64,000 nt of DNA from NCBI GenBank assembly GCA_964574215.1, contig CAZNLR010000019.1, positions 7,655 through 71,654 on the forward strand, written 5' to 3'. Position 1 is the stretch's first letter; every line of letters starts with the position of its first letter. The notes beneath the pieces are model-generated. The model was not told where the DNA came from, did not search any database, and saw only the letters and a list, made by a program, of their open reading frames with translations. Positions 18,883 to 25,895 of this stretch are shown here, one piece after another. Made by a program: the position numbers and the translations under genes. The DNA comes from an uncultured Rhodospirillaceae bacterium. Lineage in GTDB: Bacteria; Pseudomonadota; Alphaproteobacteria; Rhodospirillales; UBA2165.

Positions 18883-20064
18883 TTAGTGATCGGTCACGAG
18901 CAGTTCCGGTTTCCAAGACTTGCTCAACAGCCTGCAACCGGTTTCGGTAACCAATACCGGGCTGCCGAGAGTTAGACCTTTCTTCTTGTCCATCGTGACA
19001 ACGGAAGGCTCGAACTCGATCACCATGCCTGCTTCTATCAATTCCGTGCTTGGTGGCTTGTGCATGGTTTGCATGGGATATGTTCCCATCGGCATCTCAA
19101 GGCTGAGTCCGAGGCCATGAAAAGGAGGATTTGTGGATCGGTAACCGGCCTTGTTTATTACGGCTTGAAAGGCGTCGTCCAAATCCCCCACGGTGATTCC
19201 CGGCTTTAGAATATCAAGGCCGCTATTGAAGGATTCGGTGGCAACGTCAGCCATCTCTCTCGTTTCCTTGTCCGGCTCACCTACGGAAAACGGCTGATTG
19301 AACTGCCCCCAATAACCGCAATATTTGCCGTCGAACTCTGTGACAATTAGGTCGCCACGTTCCAGCGTTCTGGCCGGCGCTTGAAACTCGCGCTGTCCTC
19401 CGTGAGTAACTTCTTTTCCAGAGCTGAAAATGATCATGGAATGGACGTCACCACCGTTTCGAAACCGCGTGTCCAGAATTTTGGCCTTTACCTCAAGATC
19501 TGAAACACCCACCTTTGCCGTATCGACGACGGATTGAATCGCTTTTTCACCGATTTCGCAGGCCAATTCGAAGCACTTGATCTCGGCAGGACTCTTAATC
19601 TTCCGAGCCTCATCAATGAGGTCCGTGGCATCTTCAAAACTGGCCTGGGGCAGGTCCTTGGTGAGCGACACATAAGCCGTGTGCGGAAACCCGTACTCGC
19701 CTATATATCCGGACAGCGGAAGCATGCCGATCCTCGCCCGTTCAAGCTGCAGTTCCTTTATCATTTCAGAAATTCCTTTGGAGGGCGTAGGGTGTGCGGA
19801 ACGGTTATCGGCAATCCAAGAATCGTGAGGTCGCCCGGCAAACGTGAAAAATGTCGGCTCACCTTCGAGAGGAAATACCAAGTAACCTTCGCCAGTGACT
19901 GAGTCACCATTGGTCAGGTAATTCAAAGCGCCGATAACCATGCCGCTGTAAAGGCCAAAAGTGCCATAAACGACAAGACAATCGAGGTCGCGCTCTCCCA
20001 TCAATTCGCGCACCTTCTTCCAGCGACGATCACGCTCTTTTCCATCTAATATTGAATTCGACAT
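18883..20064 (-). CDS. M24 family hydrolase (creatinase / Xaa-Pro peptidase / ectoine-hydrolase-like)
   Basis: 393 aa. Creatinase-type N-domain plus pita-bread domain (HGLGLSLEMP, IEFEP). ATG at 20064 with AAGGA upstream, preferred over the 20133 start. Confidence 0.8.
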   Translation of the reverse strand: MSNSILDGKERDRRWKKVRELMGERDLDCLVVYGTFGLYSGMVIGALNYLTNGDSVTGEGYLVFPLEGEPTFFTFAGRPHDSWIADNRSAHPTPSKGISEMIKELQLERARIGMLPLSGYIGEYGFPHTAYVSLTKDLPQASFEDATDLIDEARKIKSPAEIKCFELACEIGEKAIQSVVDTAKVGVSDLEVKAKILDTRFRNGGDVHSMIIFSSGKEVTHGGQREFQAPARTLERGDLIVTEFDGKYCGYWGQFNQPFSVGEPDKETREMADVATESFNSGLDILKPGITVGDLDDAFQAVINKAGYRSTNPPFHGLGLSLEMPMGTYPMQTMHKPPSTELIEAGMVIEFEPSVVTMDKKKGLTLGSPVLVTETGCRLLSKSWKPELLVTDH

Positions 20065-20223
20065 AGCTGACTCGTTCCTTATTAAGCGGTTTTTAAACTT
20101 CGTTGAATTTGGCCTCCTCTCCGGACCGAACATGCTGCCGCCGGGTGAGGTTTTTCAGCAGGTAAATTCTTTGCCTTTGTTGAACTGCTATATATTCGTA
20201 GTAGCTATTGTTATTTAGATGTT

Positions 20224-20243
20224 ATTACGGTATTATAACGACT
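20224..20243. promoter_or_regulatory. Left half of a long-range inverted repeat (candidate IclR operator)
   Basis: ATTACGGTATTATAACGACT. The reverse complement of 20410-20430 is ATTACGGTAGTTATAACGACT, identical apart from one extra G in the right-hand copy. Confidence 0.5.
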
Positions 20244-20409
20244 GCTGTTAAATGTCAACCATTGATTTGAATCTTGTTACAGCTACATAATTGGGGATAA
20301 GTCATATGGTGATCGGCTAAAAATTGACCGGACAAGAATATGGTAGAAAAAATTGATGGCGACGGAAACGCACCGAAATTAATTGTATTTCTGATATAAA
20401 ATACGTAAT

Positions 20410-20430
20410 AGTCGTTATAACTACCGTAAT
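20410..20430. promoter_or_regulatory. Right half of a long-range inverted repeat (candidate IclR operator), 19 nt upstream of the iclR-like start
   Basis: AGTCGTTATAACTACCGTAAT, see the partner at 20224-20243. Both lie in the divergent M24/IclR intergenic region. Confidence 0.5.
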
Positions 20431-20448
20431 TAAAAAGGATATTCTGTT

Positions 20449-21234
20449 TTGGCTAACCAATCGATTGCCCGCGGCGCTGCAATCCTCTCTCTTTTTTCTA
20501 TTTCTCGGCCAAGATTGAAACTCTCTCAAATTGCCGAAGAGATCGGCCTTCCTCTCAGCACGACCAATGGCCTTGTCCAATCGCTGGTCATCGCTGGGTT
20601 CCTTGAGAAAAACGAAGATAATAGGGAGTATCAGCTGGGACTTTGGAATATTGAACTCGGGGCCACGAAGATGGCGACCTCCGAAATCAATCAGAAAGGA
20701 AGTGCCCTGGCGTATTATCTAGGCCGTGACACTGGCCTGACAGCGCGGCTCGGTGTACTTGAGCGTGATGCAATTGTCATGACTTATTGTAGTGCTCCCT
20801 CGGCATCAATTTTATCTAGGATCGATATTCCCGGAACACCTCTACCGACATATTGTGTTTCATTGGGGCTCGCAATTTTAGCCTTCTCACCCGAGGAAGA
20901 GGTGGTAGAGCATTTGAACAGAATTCAACTCGTCGAATACACTGAATTCACGAAAACCGATCCACAGGAAATTTTAGATGAACTGGGTGCCATTCGAAAC
21001 AAAGGTTATGCATTCTGTGAGAACACGTTGGTGATGCACGCAACAGGTATCGGTGCCCCAATATTAGGCTCAGATGGCTTGCCAGTTGGCGGAATTAACA
21101 TTTCCGGAGACTCCACGCAATTTACCGCAACGACGGTCGACTCGTTGGCCAGACAACTGATGGAAACCGCGTCCGGCATATCCCAACAAATGGGATATCG
21201 CTCATATGAGCCGGTCTTTAACATTAAACGGTGA
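20449..21234 (+). CDS. IclR family transcriptional regulator
   Basis: 261 aa. N-terminal wHTH (LKLSQIAEEIGLPLSTTNGLVQSL) plus an IclR effector-binding domain. TTG start. Confidence 0.85.
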   Translation: MANQSIARGAAILSLFSISRPRLKLSQIAEEIGLPLSTTNGLVQSLVIAGFLEKNEDNREYQLGLWNIELGATKMATSEINQKGSALAYYLGRDTGLTARLGVLERDAIVMTYCSAPSASILSRIDIPGTPLPTYCVSLGLAILAFSPEEEVVEHLNRIQLVEYTEFTKTDPQEILDELGAIRNKGYAFCENTLVMHATGIGAPILGSDGLPVGGINISGDSTQFTATTVDSLARQLMETASGISQQMGYRSYEPVFNIKR

Positions 21235-21305
21235 GAACACAGTTTTTGACCGGTTTTGGTGTCTCTTTCTGGCTACAAGTGGACTCATTAATCATTGAAA
21301 ATAAT

Positions 21306-21332
21306 GTCCGTTTACGGGTGTAAATCGGACAT
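21306..21332. repeat. Palindromic intergenic element, copy 6
   Basis: GTCCGTTTACGGGTGTAAATCGGACAT, between the convergent iclR-like gene and the small basic ORF. Possible bidirectional terminator. Confidence 0.6.
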
Positions 21333-21337
21333 GGGCG

Positions 21338-21541
21338 TTAATTCGATCTGCTGGCGCCGCGCCGCGCGCCGCCAAAGTTTTTGACGTTGGCGTTGCCCCT
21401 TGGACTTTTAATCGAACCGGATCCTGGATTGAAATGGCCCGGTCCGAATTTTGGTTTGGAATCGTCGGTGGCGGCGTGTCGCTTTTTGCCTTTTTGCGCA
21501 GCTCTCTTTTTCGCCCGTTCACGGGCTTTGGCTTTGGTCAT
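21338..21541 (-). CDS. Small basic hypothetical protein (67 aa, Lys/Arg-rich N-terminus, Gly/Asn-rich C-terminus)
   Basis: ATG with GAGAGG about 12 nt upstream. Sequence MTKAKARERAKKRAAQKGKKR...GSGSIKSPRGNANVKNFGGARRG. No family recognised, and coding status is uncertain. Confidence 0.45.
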   Translation of the reverse strand: MTKAKARERAKKRAAQKGKKRHAATDDSKPKFGPGHFNPGSGSIKSPRGNANVKNFGGARRGASRSN

Positions 21542-21845
21542 GATTTCCGCGCCTCTCGATGCTGGAATTTCCAGAATAGTCTTTAAATCTCAAAGAATCA
21601 TAGCACTGCGTCATTGCCGACGGAACCGAATATTTAGGGGTAAGTCCATCGCAACGCACAGTGCCGAACACCAAACGCTTCTATCTGGGGCCGTTTTAGT
21701 CTTCGCGTCAACTGCATCAGTTTCATACAATAAAATATCTTGAACCGCCTGTGCACGGGCGGCCTTGATTGTTGGGCAACGGCGTTTAATAATTCCGAAA
21801 ATAAATATCATGTCCACAAGGAGGCACAGGGGGAGAATGCACAAT

Positions 21846-22718
21846 ATGCGATACGAAGCGCCGGACAGTCTCGACACCGCTATAAAGTTGATTGCCGAAG
21901 AAAAAGGAGACGTCCGGATTTTCGCCGGCGGAACGGATATTCTGGTTCAGATGCATGCCGATTTGATCGAGCCGGATTTACTGGTCGATATCAAAAATAT
22001 CTCGGAACTTCGTCAAATCGAAAAAGAAGCCGATGGATACCGGTTCGGCGCTGCGGTGACCGGCGTGGAACTGATGGACCATGAAGTTTTCTGCCGGACC
22101 TGGCCGGGCGTTATGGATGGCGTCAAGCTAATCGGCTCGATCCAGGTCAAAGGCCGGGCCACCGTGGGCGGTAATTTGTGCAACGCGTCGCCGGCTGCCG
22201 ATAGCATTCCGGCGCTGATGGCGGCGGGCGCGACGGTGACCGTGGCCGGTCCCAACGGCAGGCGTGATGTACCGGTGGAAGAAATCGCCACCGGCCCGGG
22301 CAAGACGTCGCTTGACACTGGCGAAGTCGTGGTTTCGTTTTTCCTGCCCGATGCGCCGCCGGGTTCCGGCAGCGCTTACCAACGCTTTACCCCCCGAACG
22401 GAAATGGATATCGCCGTGGTCGGCGTCGGCATCGGTTTGACCCTCGATGATAGCGGTGTCTGCACCGCCGCCCGGGTCGCCTTGGGCGCTGTCGCAGAGA
22501 GAGCCTTATTGGTGGACGAGGCCGCCGATGCGTTGATCGGAACCAGCGTGGATGACGGCGCCCTGGATAAACTGGCCGCCGCCGCCAGCGCCGCTTGCCG
22601 GCCGATTGACGACAAACGGGGAACCAAGGAATACAGAATAAAAGTTGCCGCTGTCCTGGCGCGCCGCGTTGCCGCGGTAGCGTTGGAACGGGCCAAAAAC
22701 AAGGGGCAAAGCCGATGA
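21846..22718 (+). CDS. Xanthine dehydrogenase family FAD-binding subunit (CoxM-like, medium subunit)
   Basis: About 290 aa with FAD-binding PCMH-type motifs (IFAGGTDILVQM, GSIQVKGRATVGGNLCNASPAAD). ATG at 21846 follows GGGGGAG. Confidence 0.85.
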   Translation: MRYEAPDSLDTAIKLIAEEKGDVRIFAGGTDILVQMHADLIEPDLLVDIKNISELRQIEKEADGYRFGAAVTGVELMDHEVFCRTWPGVMDGVKLIGSIQVKGRATVGGNLCNASPAADSIPALMAAGATVTVAGPNGRRDVPVEEIATGPGKTSLDTGEVVVSFFLPDAPPGSGSAYQRFTPRTEMDIAVVGVGIGLTLDDSGVCTAARVALGAVAERALLVDEAADALIGTSVDDGALDKLAAAASAACRPIDDKRGTKEYRIKVAAVLARRVAAVALERAKNKGQSR

Positions 22719-23191
22719 AAAAGCACCACATATCCGCCACCGTCAACGGCGATGAAATCGATTTCCTGTGCGAACCGACGCAGACTCTATTGGATATATT
22801 GCGCGACGAGCTTTATCTGACGGGAACCAAGGAAGGCTGCGGCACCGGCGATTGCGGCGCCTGCAGCGTCACCGTGGACGGCGTTTTAATCTGTTCCTGC
22901 CTGATGCTCGGCGTCGAAGCCGAAGGCAAGACAATCCAAACCATCGAAGGTATGGCCGACGGCGATGAATTGCATCCACTGCAACGAAAATTTATTGAGC
23001 ATGTGGCGCTGCAATGCGGCATCTGCACCCCCGGCCTGCTGATCGCGGCGCGGAGCCTGCTGGAGAAAAACCCGGATCCGACGGAAGAGGAGGTCCGCTA
23101 CGGCTTGGCCGGTAATCTGTGCCGTTGTACGGGATATCAAAATATCATCGAGGCCGTCATGGACGCCGCCGAAGAAATGAGAGGAGCCTGA
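22715..23191 (+). CDS. (2Fe-2S)-binding small subunit (CoxS-like)
   Basis: 158 aa with two cluster motifs, CGTGDCGACSV and CGICTPG...CRCTGY. Its start overlaps the upstream stop. Confidence 0.92.
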   Translation: MKKHHISATVNGDEIDFLCEPTQTLLDILRDELYLTGTKEGCGTGDCGACSVTVDGVLICSCLMLGVEAEGKTIQTIEGMADGDELHPLQRKFIEHVALQCGICTPGLLIAARSLLEKNPDPTEEEVRYGLAGNLCRCTGYQNIIEAVMDAAEEMRGA

Positions 23192-23193
23192 TT

Positions 23194-25518
23194 ATGGGAA
23201 TGATGCCATCACCCTACGGGACCCAAATACCTTACGAGGAAAAAGATCTTAAGGTCGTTGGAACCAATCCGACCGCGCGGCCTGACGCCATCGATAAGGT
23301 GACGGGGAAGGCGCGCTACGCCGCCGATATCAACCTGCCCGGGCAATTGGTCGGCAAGGTGCTGCGGAGTCCCCATGCGCACGCCCGCATCAAGTCCATC
23401 GACACCTCGGAAGCCGAGAAGTTAAAAGGCGTCAAGGCAGTCGTCACCTGCGATGATTTCCCCGACATGCCGGTCCTGCACGCCGCCGCCGGCGAGATTA
23501 TGGTCAATTTCCGCGACGTGACCCGCACCATGATGGCGCGTGAAAAAGCCTTGTTCGACGGCCATCCCGTGGCCGCCGTCGCGGCGACCAGTGACTCCAT
23601 CGCCAAGGCTGCGCTCAAGCTGATCAAAGTGGAATACGAAGTGCTGCCCCATGTCATCGACGTGGTGGAGGCCATGAAGCCGGATGCACCCCTGCTGAAC
23701 GAGGAACAGTTTACCAAGGGCATTGAACCGGCGCCCGACAAGCCATCCAACATCGCCGCCCGAATGACCAGTAAGCTGGGTGATGTGGAGGAAGGTTTCA
23801 AACAGGCCGATCTGATCATCGAGCGCGAGTTCAACACCAAGGCCGCGCACCAGGGCTATATCGAGCCCCATGCCAGCTTGGCCGTTTACACTGATGGCGG
23901 CAATGCCGAGGTATGGACCAGCACCCAGGGCCATTTCCTGATCCGCGCTCAGACCGCCAAGGTCCTTGAAATGGATGTGTCGCGCGTCAAGGTGACGCCG
24001 GCGGAACTGGGTGGCGGCTTCGGCGGCAAGAACGGCATCTATCTGGAGCCGCTGGCTATAATTCTGTCCAAGAAATCGGGCCGGCCGGTAAAAATGACCA
24101 TGACGAGGAACGAAGTGTTCCGCGCGTCCGGGCCCACATCGGGCACCAATATCATCATCAAGATCGGTGTCACCAAAGACGGCAGGATCACCGCGGCCCA
24201 GGCGATATTGAACTATCAGTCGGGTTGTTTCCCGGGTTCGTCACTGCCGCTTTGCACGCCGACCGTCTTCACCCGCTATGATCTGGCGAACGTGCTGGTG
24301 ATCGGCAACGACGTCACCTGCAACCGGCCCAAGGTGGCCGCTTACCGCGCACCCGGCGCACCGATGATCGCCTTTGGTGTGGAAACGGTAATTGACGAGC
24401 TGGCGGAAGAACTGAAGATGGACCCCATCGACATCCGCCTCAAGAACGCCGCCAAGGAAGGCACCCAGACCCATTTCGGACCCAAGCTCGGGCCAATCGG
24501 CTATATCGAGACGTTGGAAGCGGCCAGGGCTCACGATCATATGAAGACCGAGCTGGGCCCCGATCAGGGCCGCGGCATCGCCACCGGGTTCTGGAACACA
24601 CTGGGCATGGAAACCTCGGCGACCCTCAACGTCAACCAGGACGGCACGGCATCCTTGATCTATGGCACGGTGGATGTGGCAGGCGGCATGCGCGCCGCTT
24701 ACTCGCAAATCGTTGCCGAGGAGCTTGGTATTCCGTTCGAAAAGGTAAAGGCCATCCAGAGCGACACGTCGTCCCTGGGCTTCAACTTTACCACCGCCGG
24801 CAGCCGCGGCACGGCGGCGGGCGGTATGGCGGCGGTTAAGGCCAGCCGCGACGCCATTACCCGCATGTGTGAAGTCGCCGCCCGCATGTGGGAGGTGGAA
24901 GCAGATCAGGTCGTCTGGGAAGACGGCCATGCCCGTCCGGCAAGTTCCAATGTGGGCGACTTCGAGCCCCTGTCGGTCGCTGAAATCGCCATGAAGGCGG
25001 GTTTCTTCGGCGGCACCATCGCGGGCCACGCCGAGATCAACGTGACCGGCGGCGGGCCGGGCTTTGGCACCCATATCGTCGATGTGGAGGTGGACCGTGG
25101 CACCGGCCATGTGAAGGTGCTGCGCTATTCGATTATTCAGGATGCGGGCAAGGCCGTCTATCCCGATTACGTCAAGGCTCAGTTCCACGGTGCCGCCGTG
25201 CAGGGGATAGGAATGGCTTTGAACGAGGAATATATCTATGACGAAAACGGCGTCATGGAGAATCCCGGTTTTCTCGACTACCGGGTGCCGGTGGCTTCCG
25301 ACGTGCCGATGATCGATACGGAAATCGTCGAAGTGCCGAACCCCAACCACCCTTACGGCATTCGGGGGGTCGGTGAAGTGCCGATTATCCCGCCCCTGGC
25401 GGCCATCTCCAACGCTATTTACGACGCCATTGGTGTTCGGATGCGCAATCACCCGATGTCGCCGCCGAAAGTTCTAAAGGCCATCGAGGACGCCGAGACA
25501 CCTGTGGCTGCCGAATAG
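23194..25518 (+). CDS. Xanthine dehydrogenase family molybdopterin-binding large subunit (aldehyde-oxidoreductase-like, not CO dehydrogenase)
   Basis: 774 aa. The ATG at 23194 lies 2 nt after the coxS-like stop. Active-site loop reads AAYRAPGAP rather than the CODH loop. GGGFGGK motif present. Confidence 0.88.
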   Translation: MGMMPSPYGTQIPYEEKDLKVVGTNPTARPDAIDKVTGKARYAADINLPGQLVGKVLRSPHAHARIKSIDTSEAEKLKGVKAVVTCDDFPDMPVLHAAAGEIMVNFRDVTRTMMAREKALFDGHPVAAVAATSDSIAKAALKLIKVEYEVLPHVIDVVEAMKPDAPLLNEEQFTKGIEPAPDKPSNIAARMTSKLGDVEEGFKQADLIIEREFNTKAAHQGYIEPHASLAVYTDGGNAEVWTSTQGHFLIRAQTAKVLEMDVSRVKVTPAELGGGFGGKNGIYLEPLAIILSKKSGRPVKMTMTRNEVFRASGPTSGTNIIIKIGVTKDGRITAAQAILNYQSGCFPGSSLPLCTPTVFTRYDLANVLVIGNDVTCNRPKVAAYRAPGAPMIAFGVETVIDELAEELKMDPIDIRLKNAAKEGTQTHFGPKLGPIGYIETLEAARAHDHMKTELGPDQGRGIATGFWNTLGMETSATLNVNQDGTASLIYGTVDVAGGMRAAYSQIVAEELGIPFEKVKAIQSDTSSLGFNFTTAGSRGTAAGGMAAVKASRDAITRMCEVAARMWEVEADQVVWEDGHARPASSNVGDFEPLSVAEIAMKAGFFGGTIAGHAEINVTGGGPGFGTHIVDVEVDRGTGHVKVLRYSIIQDAGKAVYPDYVKAQFHGAAVQGIGMALNEEYIYDENGVMENPGFLDYRVPVASDVPMIDTEIVEVPNPNHPYGIRGVGEVPIIPPLAAISNAIYDAIGVRMRNHPMSPPKVLKAIEDAETPVAAE

Positions 25519-25895
25519 GCATTGGGTTTAATTTGACGTTTGCGGCAGATTAGCCGACGGGAGAACTATACCTGCGCGGTCGCTTATCGGTATCGGATTA
25601 TTTGAAATATCCGGTCTTTCTCCCTGCCGTCTTACTGCCATTGTATCAATTTACTTCAATACATTTCAGAGCCGGATACTTTGACCTATGTCATATTCAA
25701 AACGCCAATGAATAGATACGTTTTGGATATGGAAAATGGAAAGACTTTTCGACAATATAATAATACCGATCAGCACAAAAATTGCCGGAACGATTTTTCA
25801 GCGGTTGGAACTTCTTAAATCCATAGATTGGCTCATGGCCTAAGGATTGTGAAGGCCGACAGAGTTTTTAATATTTAAAATTGAAGTAAAATCGA

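Noticed and set aside
21748-21764. Possible att-like direct repeat of the tRNA-Arg 3' end (CCTGTGCACGGGCGGCC versus CCTGTCGGGCGCGCC)
   Set aside because: The only matching runs are 5, 6 and 3 nt, and two indels are needed. That is within chance expectation for a GC-rich 15-mer in 10 kb. It is kept only as a note under the island finding.
21542-21845. Moco riboswitch upstream of the molybdoenzyme operon. The region upstream of msrP, 6017-6139, was also checked
   Set aside because: I could not find the conserved Moco-motif core elements as I remember them (GCCUCCGAG-type strand plus its pairing partner). The msrP leader is AT-rich and unstructured. A covariance-model scan (Rfam RF01055) would be decisive.
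24241-25452. 403-aa ORF antisense to the molybdopterin large subunit. The same pattern occurs at 23316..23840 and 23422..23934
   Set aside because: These are shadow ORFs opposite a conserved enzyme gene, with no motifs.
21846-25518. Calling the coxMSL-like genes an aerobic carbon-monoxide dehydrogenase
   Set aside because: The large-subunit active-site loop is AYRAPG rather than the CODH-type loops I recall, and coxDEFG-type accessory genes are absent.
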